From a virus (lineage: Duplodnaviria > Caudoviricetes), in the IMG/VR virus record IMGVR_UViG_3300024297_000327, positions 1-40,383 of that record: DNA of 40,383 nt. The stretch is one strand, 5' to 3'. Numbering within the stretch: position 1 is the stretch's first letter; every line of letters starts with the position of its first letter. The position numbers were made by a program, and so were the translations under genes. This document shows, piece by piece, positions 27,579 to 35,960 of this stretch. A model generated the notes under the pieces. It saw nothing but the letters and a program-made list of their open reading frames with translations, did no database searches and had not been told where the DNA came from.

Positions 27579-27639
27579 GTAAGATGCTTGATAGGTCTTA
27601 CGTATATAAACTTGCTTAATAAAGGAGGACAAGACAATG
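27579..27639 (+). promoter_or_regulatory. ROSE-like RNA thermometer in the hsp20 leader
   Basis: CTTGCTT-AATA-AAGGAG hairpin with bulged G sequestering the SD; upstream GTAAGA/TCTTAC hairpin. Confidence 0.65.
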
Positions 27640-28080
27640 ACAAACAAATCCCTATCAATTTTTAACCAACTAAGACCCGTAACAGTAGGTTTCGACCCTA
27701 TTTTCGATAGATTCGAATCTATGATGAATGACGAGTTCTTTCAAGTACCAACAACTAATTACCCACCTTACAATATTGTAAGAACAGGTGATTACACATA
27801 TGATATCGAACTTGCACTTGCAGGCTTCGGTAAAGATGACATCGACGTAAAATACGAAGATGGCGTTGTTACAGTCAAATCAGTACACGATACTGAAAAC
27901 AAAGACGAAAAGGACGGAGTACAATACAGAGGTATTAGCAAAAGACACTTTACAAAGTCTTTTACTATTGCTGATGACGTAGTAGTACAGGGTGCTGAGT
28001 TGAAAGATGGATTGCTTAAAATTAGCATGGAAAGAATCATTCCAGACGCTAAAAAGGCACGTTCAATCGAAGTTAAGTAA
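27637..28080 (+). CDS. ibpA: Small heat-shock protein Hsp20 (IbpA-like)
   Basis: VGFD, NYPPYNI, IELALAGF, RGISKRHF, AELKDGLLKI, C-terminal IEV. Confidence 0.93.
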   Translation: MTNKSLSIFNQLRPVTVGFDPIFDRFESMMNDEFFQVPTTNYPPYNIVRTGDYTYDIELALAGFGKDDIDVKYEDGVVTVKSVHDTENKDEKDGVQYRGISKRHFTKSFTIADDVVVQGAELKDGLLKISMERIIPDAKKARSIEVK

Positions 28081-28088
28081 CCTAAGGA

Positions 28089-28118
28089 TTTGCAGTCGGC
28101 TTTAGGGTCGACTGCAAA
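28089..28118. terminator. Strong hairpin after hsp20 (terminator or stability element)
   Basis: TTTGCAGTCGGC/GTCGACTGCAAA 12-bp stem; no T tract on the plus strand. Confidence 0.55.
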
Positions 28119-28147
28119 CACACTTAATAAATACTTAAGGAGACAGT

Positions 28148-28447
28148 ATGAGTACAGCAGTAGACATCGACGAAAAGATTGAACAGGTTATCACAACCCC
28201 CGATCGCTACAAAGTTATTTTATTAAATGATGATCACACCCCAATGGATTTCGTTATAGAGATCCTAACAACTATTTTCAAACACACACCTGAAGTTGCA
28301 CGTGACCTAACAATGAAAGTGCATCAAGAAGGAAGTGCAGTATGTGGAGTTTACAGTTTTGAACTTGCAGAACAAAAAAGCATTGAAGCAACTACTTTGA
28401 GTCGTAATGCTGGTTTCCCTTTACAAATTAGAATAGAGAAGGATTAA
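28148..28447 (+). CDS. clpS: ATP-dependent Clp protease adaptor ClpS
   Basis: YKVILLNDDHTPMDFV, VHQEG, AEQK, FPL. Confidence 0.95.
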   Translation: MSTAVDIDEKIEQVITTPDRYKVILLNDDHTPMDFVIEILTTIFKHTPEVARDLTMKVHQEGSAVCGVYSFELAEQKSIEATTLSRNAGFPLQIRIEKD

Positions 28448-28987
28448 ATGAGTCTAAAGGAACTAACTTACGAGCATCATAGAAATGCTGAACGCCAAGG
28501 TTTTGTCAAAGTTTTAATGGGTGGCAAAATCGATCCAAAACTTTACGCAACGTTTTTATATAACCAATACGTAAACTATAACATTTTAGAAACCATTGCA
28601 ATGGCAGAAGGCGTGTTAGACGACTTACCAGACATTAGACGAGCACCAAAGATTCTTGATGACTATACAGAACTTTGGAACGACTTAGAAAATCCACCGA
28701 AGTTATTACCAAGCAGTAAATTATATGCTGATCATATAATGAGCATCAGAGATAATGCACAAGCACTTATGGCACACGTTTATACAAGACACATGGGTGA
28801 CTTGAGTGGCGGACAAATGATACGTAAAAAGATTCCTGGCAAAGGAACTATGTATGATTTCAAAGACCCAGATGGACTGAAGACTGCAATCAGAGAGCGT
28901 CTAAATGATGACATGGCTCCTGAAGCAAGAATATGTTTCCAGTTCGCAACAGATTTATTTAAAGAGATGCAAGATGAAGTTAAGTGA
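28448..28987 (+). CDS. Heme oxygenase (biliverdin-producing)
   Basis: LKELTYEHHRNAE, AHVYTRHMGDLSGGQMI, EARICF. Confidence 0.92.
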   Translation: MSLKELTYEHHRNAERQGFVKVLMGGKIDPKLYATFLYNQYVNYNILETIAMAEGVLDDLPDIRRAPKILDDYTELWNDLENPPKLLPSSKLYADHIMSIRDNAQALMAHVYTRHMGDLSGGQMIRKKIPGKGTMYDFKDPDGLKTAIRERLNDDMAPEARICFQFATDLFKEMQDEVK

Positions 28988-29129
28988 AGTACCTGAATTT
29001 AAGATATTAGCAAAAGAACAAGAAGAAGACACCCTTAAAAATCAAATAAAATTATTACAAGAACAAGTAATAGAACTTGAGAAAAAAGTAACATGGTTGG
29101 AGAAGACCACAAGCAGAAAGGTGAAGTAG
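28974..29129 (+). CDS. Small coiled-coil protein
   Basis: MKLSEV.. then leucine heptads; fills the gap between heme oxygenase and bilin reductase exactly. Confidence 0.6.
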   Translation: MKLSEVPEFKILAKEQEEDTLKNQIKLLQEQVIELEKKVTWLEKTTSRKVK

Positions 29130-29816
29130 ATGCTTTGGGATAAACTAATCAATTGCAAAGATGAAATCATACAAATTTTTGACGAACAGGCTAAAGAAAT
29201 TAATGAGCCTGGACTGGACTATTTTAATCGTCCTGATGGCGGCTGGATTAATAGGGTATGGGCAAATGATAATATTAGACGAGCTCACATTGATGTTGTA
29301 GACGCTCGTGAGTCTAAAGGCTTATGGATGATGCATGTATGTATTTTTCCTACGTTAGATAATCCTGCACCCATATACGGCTTTGATGTTATTGCAGGTA
29401 AGAATAAGATAACAGGAGCCTTCCACGATTTTAGTCCAAGTGCTGATCCAGACCATCCTATGGTAGATGGATACAGAGAAAGTGTAGAACACTTTGTTCC
29501 AGAGAAGCAACGTGAACTTCCTGAATGGGCAAGAAACATTTTTACAGATAAAATGTTAGCCGCAGGCAATGTCCGTACAGACGAAGAAGCAGATGAAATT
29601 ATTCGTATTGCATTAAGTAACCTACGTGCATACTTTGACGAAGTAGGTTTAACTAAAGGTGAAGGGCAAACAGATCTTGTACAAGCATCACAAGATTACT
29701 ACTGCCATAACCAGCAACAGAATCCCCACACACCACGTGTTATGAAGTCTTTAGGGTTGAATGAAGCAGATGTAGACAAGTTCTGCACAGATATGCTATT
29801 CCCTAAACTCGCATAA
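29130..29816 (+). CDS. pcyX: Ferredoxin-dependent bilin reductase, PcyA/PcyX group
   Basis: RRAHIDVVD, MMHVCIFP, PIYGFDVI, AFHDFSP, RELPEWARNIFT, YCHNQQQNPHTPRVM; next to heme oxygenase. Confidence 0.8.
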   Translation: MLWDKLINCKDEIIQIFDEQAKEINEPGLDYFNRPDGGWINRVWANDNIRRAHIDVVDARESKGLWMMHVCIFPTLDNPAPIYGFDVIAGKNKITGAFHDFSPSADPDHPMVDGYRESVEHFVPEKQRELPEWARNIFTDKMLAAGNVRTDEEADEIIRIALSNLRAYFDEVGLTKGEGQTDLVQASQDYYCHNQQQNPHTPRVMKSLGLNEADVDKFCTDMLFPKLA

Positions 29817-29827
29817 ATACGTGTACA

Positions 29828-31186
29828 ATGAGATACGTTCAGTTTAAAATAGTAGAAATGGCCGCATTGTCCAAGTCGGACGATGTAAAGTATGTGCCGT
29901 TTGTACAACAAATGTTAGATAAAGCCCCTGAACCTATTAGAATAGGTAAGTCCGGAGATAAAGTTCTAATCCCAAACAAAGGTCAAAAAGTAACAGATAG
30001 AAACGATCCTATCTACGGTCAAGTTGATGGTGAAGATGTTACTAATGTTAAAGTAATGCATGTATGGAAAACACCTGCTATGAAGGCAGGAGTTAAAGGC
30101 CAAGAAGTAGATGACACAGGTGCTGTAGATAAAATTGAAAACAAAGGCGAAGTTGTAGAAGGAATACTTGGTGCCGCAACTCACGCAAGGTTATCTAAAG
30201 GAGATGAAATTACTCCAGAAGAAGTATATACAACTATCGGAAAAATGAAACACGGTAAAGTCCAAGGCACATTAAGTGAAAAAGCAAAAGATTTAAAAAA
30301 CAATAAAATTACAGATTTATTTGAATTAAGCATTTCTCTAAAAGAAAGAGCATATCAAGACTTTATGCAACCTGATAAGTTACGTAAACATATGGCTCCA
30401 AGAGTAAATGCAGTAACGGCTTATGTAAATGATGCCGTAAGAAGATATAGTAAGTTTTTCCTTGAGAATGGAAGATCAGATAAAGTCGAAGTTGTCAGTG
30501 ATGGTGTAAGTAACGAAGTAGGATCTAAAACAGATGTACAAATGATTTACACAGACGCTAAAGGTAAGAGAGTTGTAAAACATTTTGACCTTAGTGTAAA
30601 AACTGGAGACGTTGGTCAGTTTGGTCAAAAGGGCGGAGGAAAAGGAACAGCAAGTCTTGATGAAAGATTTGATTTAATGCAAGATATGTACAACAAATTT
30701 GGTTTAGATATTTCAGGTGTTAAAAGTAAGTTTGTTGAAAAGGAAGACATTGTATCTGCATATAAAGAAGCATACTCACATGCCGCCGATGTACTTGACA
30801 AAAAATTAAAAGGTGCAAACTTACAAAAAGAGTCTGAAGTACTAAGACAATTAATTACAGGACTGAAATTCTTTGGAACCTTAGGTGACGATAGAATAAG
30901 ACTTGTAGACTTTTCAGACAAAGGTTACTATGTTTTAGATTTCAAAAGACTATCTAAATTATATCTAAACGCAGACATTGATTTAGGTGCAAGAGTAGAA
31001 TACAGTAAAAGAGATAAAGGTGTTGGCAAACCAACTCTTGTAATTTACAACAAGTTAGAACCAAAGAAAACTAAACAGAAACTATTCCAAGTTAGAATGT
31101 ACATGGACGATACAGGTTATGTACGTAACTATATTGAAAAAGGTAGTTTACTGAAAGTACTAACTAAAGTACGTGGCAATTACTAA
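29828..31186 (+). CDS. Hypothetical protein with possible PD-(D/E)XK nuclease fold
   Basis: NKGEVVEG...KTDVQM...LSVKT arrangement; TAAATA 8 nt before ATG. Confidence 0.5.
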   Translation: MRYVQFKIVEMAALSKSDDVKYVPFVQQMLDKAPEPIRIGKSGDKVLIPNKGQKVTDRNDPIYGQVDGEDVTNVKVMHVWKTPAMKAGVKGQEVDDTGAVDKIENKGEVVEGILGAATHARLSKGDEITPEEVYTTIGKMKHGKVQGTLSEKAKDLKNNKITDLFELSISLKERAYQDFMQPDKLRKHMAPRVNAVTAYVNDAVRRYSKFFLENGRSDKVEVVSDGVSNEVGSKTDVQMIYTDAKGKRVVKHFDLSVKTGDVGQFGQKGGGKGTASLDERFDLMQDMYNKFGLDISGVKSKFVEKEDIVSAYKEAYSHAADVLDKKLKGANLQKESEVLRQLITGLKFFGTLGDDRIRLVDFSDKGYYVLDFKRLSKLYLNADIDLGARVEYSKRDKGVGKPTLVIYNKLEPKKTKQKLFQVRMYMDDTGYVRNYIEKGSLLKVLTKVRGNY

Positions 31187-31341
31187 ATCCGATAAATAAG
31201 ACGGGTTAGAAGTACTACCTAAAATATCCAAACACACAGATACCACAATTAACAAAATGCACGAACAGAGTGCATAATTATTATGAAGGCACTCAAGGTG
31301 TCTTTTTTATTGCAATAGAATAGATAAGGAAAAATAAGAAA

Positions 31342-32409
31342 ATGAATAAACTAATGATTAGTTTAGCCCTTCTTGTTGGTTTAGCGACTACACAAGTTTT
31401 GGCAGACGACAAGACTCTGGAACAAAGAGTTACAGATCTTGAAAACAGTGGAATTGATTTACCTAACGGTATGTTTATATCAGGTGAGATCGAAGGCTAC
31501 TACAACGACAAGTTATTTGATAGTGGTTGGGAAGCCAGATCAGAATTACAAGTTGGATTCGACGTAACGTTACCAGACAACGATTTAAATATCGACTATG
31601 CTGGTGCAAGTATGACTTATGATAGTGACTACTCTTTAGACTCTACAAAAGACAATACTATGGTTGAAAAACAACTTGGACTTGGTAATGACTTTGCAAC
31701 AATCTACTTAGGTGAAACAGACGCACAACGTTTGGGTTTTGCCAAGACTGCAAAAATTGGTGCTCCAATCATTATTACTGAAAAAAGTAATAGATTAGAT
31801 CATAACAATAAAACAGTTATTACACTTGGTGGCTTTGAGCGTGATTCAGAGTTTGACTTTGATACATATAGACTTAAGAAAGAACAGCCATACGGTTTTG
31901 TATTAGGCTATGATGCCAACGAACAATCAACTTATGCAAGTGCAACAGTAAGCCTAATGGGTTATGCTGATGTATCATATATGATGATTGATACAAAAGC
32001 AGATGGTAGTGCAAACTATACTGTAGACACAACGCAAGAAGGTTACTCCATTGGTGGCTCACTATTTAGATTTGGTGTTCCAATGACTTGGGGTGCTGAG
32101 ATGTGGGACGACAAGGACACAGGTCTTGCAAGTGATAATAGAATTGACGTAGGTGCAATGTATTTTGTAAATGAGTCAGTGTATGTTACTGCACATAGAA
32201 CTGAGAATGATGACTTAGGCTATGATGGTAATTACTATGGTGTTGTTTATAACGTAGTAGCAGACCGTGATCCTACTAAACGTGCTGACAAACAGGACGG
32301 CTTAGAAGTAGGTCTTTACTTCCACGATAAAGCAGGTACATCAACTATGACAGGTGTTGACTATGCTTCAACTGAACAAATCGTAGGTTCAATTAGATAT
32401 AAATTCTAA
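31342..32409 (+). CDS. Outer-membrane porin-like beta-barrel
   Basis: Signal peptide, short coiled coil, Asp/Gly/Tyr-rich alternating strands, C-terminal IRYKF. Confidence 0.75.
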   Translation: MNKLMISLALLVGLATTQVLADDKTLEQRVTDLENSGIDLPNGMFISGEIEGYYNDKLFDSGWEARSELQVGFDVTLPDNDLNIDYAGASMTYDSDYSLDSTKDNTMVEKQLGLGNDFATIYLGETDAQRLGFAKTAKIGAPIIITEKSNRLDHNNKTVITLGGFERDSEFDFDTYRLKKEQPYGFVLGYDANEQSTYASATVSLMGYADVSYMMIDTKADGSANYTVDTTQEGYSIGGSLFRFGVPMTWGAEMWDDKDTGLASDNRIDVGAMYFVNESVYVTAHRTENDDLGYDGNYYGVVYNVVADRDPTKRADKQDGLEVGLYFHDKAGTSTMTGVDYASTEQIVGSIRYKF

Positions 32410-32419
32410 ATCAAAATAA

Positions 32420-32445
32420 TATAGGGGACCTTAGGGTCCTCTATA
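32420..32445. terminator. Terminator hairpin between converging genes
   Basis: TATAGGGGACC-TTAG-GGTCCTCTATA. Confidence 0.75.
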
Positions 32446-32800
32446 CTAACCAAAATATAATCAAGAAATAAGTTAGATAATGCAGTATTTGGTCCAATGC
32501 ATTTAGCAACCAAAACTGACGATCGTTATTAGTCCACCCATTTTTATTACGGATTGTAGTTTTAGCATAGTCTATATTCCAGTGCAAAAACCAGTCGATT
32601 AAACCGCCTAAGAGCGCCGTGTGTGGGTCTACAAAGAATAATAGTACAATGACAGTGCCTACTCCGTGTGGCACATAATGACCTAAATGTCCTAAGGATC
32701 CAAAGTAATTTGCCTTACCTTTTCCGGCTGGATAAGATAATGGTTGAAGTCCCAAATCGATTATGCTATGCTTAATGAGCAACCAAAGTAACGGTTCCAT
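32441..32800 (-). CDS. DUF3307-family membrane protein
   Basis: KH.IIDLGLQ, H...HG, HWNIDYAK, LDQILH motifs; start MEPLLW 5 nt after minus-strand TAAATA. Confidence 0.8.
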   Translation of the reverse strand: MEPLLWLLIKHSIIDLGLQPLSYPAGKGKANYFGSLGHLGHYVPHGVGTVIVLLFFVDPHTALLGGLIDWFLHWNIDYAKTTIRNKNGWTNNDRQFWLLNALDQILHYLTYFLIIFWLV

Positions 32801-32805
32801 AATCA

Positions 32806-32822
32806 TATTTAGCCGATAAATA
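32806..32822. promoter_or_regulatory. Back-to-back late-promoter-like TAAATA motifs
   Basis: TATTTA (32806-32811) GCCGA TAAATA (32817-32822) between divergent genes. Confidence 0.65.
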
Positions 32823-32847
32823 CATATATAACAACAGGAGGGCACAA

Positions 32848-33126
32848 ATGGACTTTATGGCATTTGTGGGTGAAGTTGGATTTCCTATCGCAGGGGCAAT
32901 AGCGGCAGGCTTTTTTGTTTTCACCACATTAAAATTTATACTTGCTTCAGTAACTGGTTCAGTCCAAGGGTTGAAAGCAATTATACAATCATTAGACAAC
33001 AGAGTACAAACTATGAACAATGATCTTGTTAAGATTGATACACTGTTAAGTTACGCACTCGGCGTGAAGCCTAATGTAGATAGACTTGCCGCAAATGAAG
33101 GCAAGGAAGACGCAAGGAGAGATTAA
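32848..33126 (+). CDS. GFPI-type TM plus coiled-coil protein, paralog 1
   Basis: VGFPIAGAIAAGFFVF then LDNRVQTMNNDLVKID; AGGAGG SD. Confidence 0.75.
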   Translation: MDFMAFVGEVGFPIAGAIAAGFFVFTTLKFILASVTGSVQGLKAIIQSLDNRVQTMNNDLVKIDTLLSYALGVKPNVDRLAANEGKEDARRD

Positions 33127-33309
33127 ATGCTTTGGTTAGATTATACTGTAGAGAGTTTTCCGGATGGAAGTTTTACTGTTAAAGGTGACTGGGACGGTGA
33201 AGTTATGGGAAAACAAAAAGATGGCAGTTTGAAAGAACATGCTATCTACAAACCCGGTGACAAGTTTGTTGTTGACAACAACGGTATTTTAAGGAAAGTA
33301 GAAGCATGA
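33127..33309 (+). CDS. Hypothetical protein
   Basis: 60 aa ORF abutting neighbours; AGGAG SD. Confidence 0.65.
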   Translation: MLWLDYTVESFPDGSFTVKGDWDGEVMGKQKDGSLKEHAIYKPGDKFVVDNNGILRKVEA

Positions 33310-33506
33310 AGAATTTTTATAGAACAGTAACAGGACATAAACCAACTGATGTGTTCTTACAAAAACAAGGCGTATGGTACGACAGCGATTTAATTAAAGC
33401 AGGGTTACTTGCATTGATCGTTGGTATTGCTGTAGGCTTTATGTTAGGCTTTGGTGTAGGAGCACCAGACCTAAGTGGGTTTACGCCCACAGGAATAAAA
33501 GGATAA
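33306..33506 (+). CDS. Small single-TM hypothetical protein
   Basis: ATGA coupling; AGLLALIVGIAVGFMLGFGV. Confidence 0.65.
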   Translation: MKNFYRTVTGHKPTDVFLQKQGVWYDSDLIKAGLLALIVGIAVGFMLGFGVGAPDLSGFTPTGIKG

Positions 33507-33785
33507 ATGACAGAATTAGCAACCGTAATTAAAGACTTTGGGTTTCCGATTGTTGCGGCAGTCGGCATGGGTTACTTTGTGTTCTACGTATGGAAGTGGG
33601 TAACAACAGAAATTAAACCTGTGCTTGGACAAGCCAACACAACTCTAATAGCATTAATTGATCGTATTCGTATGTTAGATAACGATATGATTAGATTAAA
33701 TCAAAAATTAAATATGGTTCTTGAGCATCAAGCAAAAGAACGCAAAGAAGAACAAGATAATAAGAAAAAGTCTACTTCGAAGTAG
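33507..33785 (+). CDS. GFPI-type TM plus coiled-coil protein, paralog 2
   Basis: FGFPIVAAVGMGYFVF then LIDRIRMLDNDMIRLN. Confidence 0.75.
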   Translation: MTELATVIKDFGFPIVAAVGMGYFVFYVWKWVTTEIKPVLGQANTTLIALIDRIRMLDNDMIRLNQKLNMVLEHQAKERKEEQDNKKKSTSK

Positions 33786-35820
33786 CAATCATTATACCAT
33801 TCCAATCTTTAGGTAGGTCTTGTGTTTTTTGGAACTCACAACGTTCAATCCACATCTTATAATAGCCTTCCATCTTGCCATCAAAGTGTCTCATTAGTTT
33901 TTCACAGATCCATATTGCTTCATCAAACTTCTGGGCTCTGTATGCTTTGTGCATGTCTTGGTGCATTTTTTGACTCTTGCGATCTGAATTGTTATTCATA
34001 CCATCAAGCACTGTCCATATAACAATACCAACGCTCTTACCTTTTACCTGTAGTTCATCTACCTTTAAGTAAAAGAAGTCGTCCTTGGTTTGCTGATACG
34101 TAGCATCACCTACTAAGAGGAGACATCCGTATTCTTTACATTTTGATTCGATTCTTGCGGCGGTGCTGACTGCGTCTCCGAGTACATCGTAAGAATGTCT
34201 TGCGGTGCTACCCATTTCTCCAAGATAGCCAAGTCCTGTATTGATGCCTGCTCCCATGCCAATTGGCGGCCTGCCTTCTGCTGTGATTTTTTCATTAAAT
34301 TTCTCCACTGCTGTTAACATATTTAATCCTGTGCGAACTGCTGTCTTAGGGTGTTCAGGATCATCTATTGGTGCATTATGTATATGCATACTTGCATCGC
34401 CAATGTACTTAATAATCATACCATCAGCATCAAGTACAGGTTGCGTAATTGCGTCCATGTAGCCATTCATAATTTTAGTTAGGCCCTTAACATCATCGCC
34501 GAATGATTCGCCTAATGGTGTAAAGCCACGTAAGTCTGAAAATAGAATACTAACTTCTTTCTTCATACCTTCTTTGATTAGTGCAGGATTCTCCTGTAGC
34601 AAACGTACTACCGTTGGTGATGCATATCCTGCGAACTGTTTCTTAATTGCTTGTTTCTCAAAGAACTCCTTTGCAAATCTATTAAACACTGCATGGAAGC
34701 CTACAAGCACAACTACAAACACTGGCCAACTCCAATCCCATAGTTGTAAATGCTTGGTAAAAGCGTAGTAAGCACCGTACATAGCGCCTGCCGGTACAGC
34801 AACTACTACTGCCCCTACAAGCCAATAAGGTGTTTTAAGAGCCATTAAGATAATGATAAGTCCAAGTAATATTGCTGTTGCCCACTCTAAGAACGTAGCA
34901 TAGTCCATTCTAACAATAGTATCGCCGTTGATAATTGTTTGCAATGCTGTTGCAGTTAGCATATGAGAATAACGTTCTCCGTTAGGTGTAGCAATGATAC
35001 TGTTGAGTCCTTCTGCTGTTGGACTTATAATAACTGTCTTGCCTGCAAATACTGTATAATCTTTTTCTGTTAGGCTGTACGTTTCAAACTCTTTGTTCCA
35101 ACGTAACCATATGCGTCCATTTGCGTCTGTTTGTATTGTTGCGTACTTAGGAATACGCATAGCAGTTATGCCACCTTGTTGTGTCTTAACTTGATAACTT
35201 GGATCTCCTACAGCAACTCTAATAGTTTCAATTGCCATAGCAGGATATGTTTCATCTCCTACACGTAGTATAAGTGGCATTCTACGTACAACACCATCTA
35301 TCTCTGGTACAGTGTTTACAACACCAACACCGTCTGCATTTAAACCTAATAACTCAATTGGTCCTAACATACCTGGCCATTCAAACAACCAAGGCATAGG
35401 ATCTCCTATCTTAGCAACACCTCTTGGTACAGCATTTTTATTAGCCTGTGTTGTACCTACCTGTGCTATAATAACAGCATTACCGGCTATTGCTTGTGCA
35501 AGATCCATGTCTCCACCAAGTCTATCTTCTTCTGAGAACAATATAGGCAGTACAATAACACCTGCACCTGACTCACGTAACTTCCATATGATGTCTGCAA
35601 GTACAGTTCTTTTCCAAGGCCACTGTCCGTACTGTTCCATAGACTTCTCATCTATCTCAAGTATGGCAATATCCTCACTTAAAACTGGTGTATCGTACTG
35701 TTGAATTACATCAAATGATTTTAGTCGTAATAACTGTTTAACGTATGGGTCTGAATATCCGTAGATAGTAAGAACTGCAAGTGTGATTAAGGCAGTTGCC
35801 CAATGAGTTAAGTATTTCAT
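33772..35820 (-). CDS. CHASE2-domain class III adenylate/guanylate cyclase
   Basis: IDEKS..YGQWPWKR, EIDGVVRRMPL (CHASE2), 3 TM, LFSDLRGFT, KYIGDA, GINTG, YDVLGDAVSTAARIE, VKGK. Confidence 0.93.
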   Translation of the reverse strand: MKYLTHWATALITLAVLTIYGYSDPYVKQLLRLKSFDVIQQYDTPVLSEDIAILEIDEKSMEQYGQWPWKRTVLADIIWKLRESGAGVIVLPILFSEEDRLGGDMDLAQAIAGNAVIIAQVGTTQANKNAVPRGVAKIGDPMPWLFEWPGMLGPIELLGLNADGVGVVNTVPEIDGVVRRMPLILRVGDETYPAMAIETIRVAVGDPSYQVKTQQGGITAMRIPKYATIQTDANGRIWLRWNKEFETYSLTEKDYTVFAGKTVIISPTAEGLNSIIATPNGERYSHMLTATALQTIINGDTIVRMDYATFLEWATAILLGLIIILMALKTPYWLVGAVVVAVPAGAMYGAYYAFTKHLQLWDWSWPVFVVVLVGFHAVFNRFAKEFFEKQAIKKQFAGYASPTVVRLLQENPALIKEGMKKEVSILFSDLRGFTPLGESFGDDVKGLTKIMNGYMDAITQPVLDADGMIIKYIGDASMHIHNAPIDDPEHPKTAVRTGLNMLTAVEKFNEKITAEGRPPIGMGAGINTGLGYLGEMGSTARHSYDVLGDAVSTAARIESKCKEYGCLLLVGDATYQQTKDDFFYLKVDELQVKGKSVGIVIWTVLDGMNNNSDRKSQKMHQDMHKAYRAQKFDEAIWICEKLMRHFDGKMEGYYKMWIERCEFQKTQDLPKDWNGIMIATSK

Positions 35821-35825
35821 ATACA

Positions 35826-35833
35826 TATTTATA
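35826..35833 (-). promoter_or_regulatory. T4-type late promoter consensus for the cyclase gene
   Basis: Exact TATAAATA on the minus strand, 5 nt before ATG 35820. Confidence 0.7.
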
Positions 35834-35960
35834 GTATAATTTAATTACTCAAACCGTCAAATTTCCAACATTTAAACGGTACAAATTATTTCGACCGTCA
35901 AAATTTTGTACCTGGTGAATTTGTGGCCGAGATACGGTAAATAATACTGGAGGGCAATTA

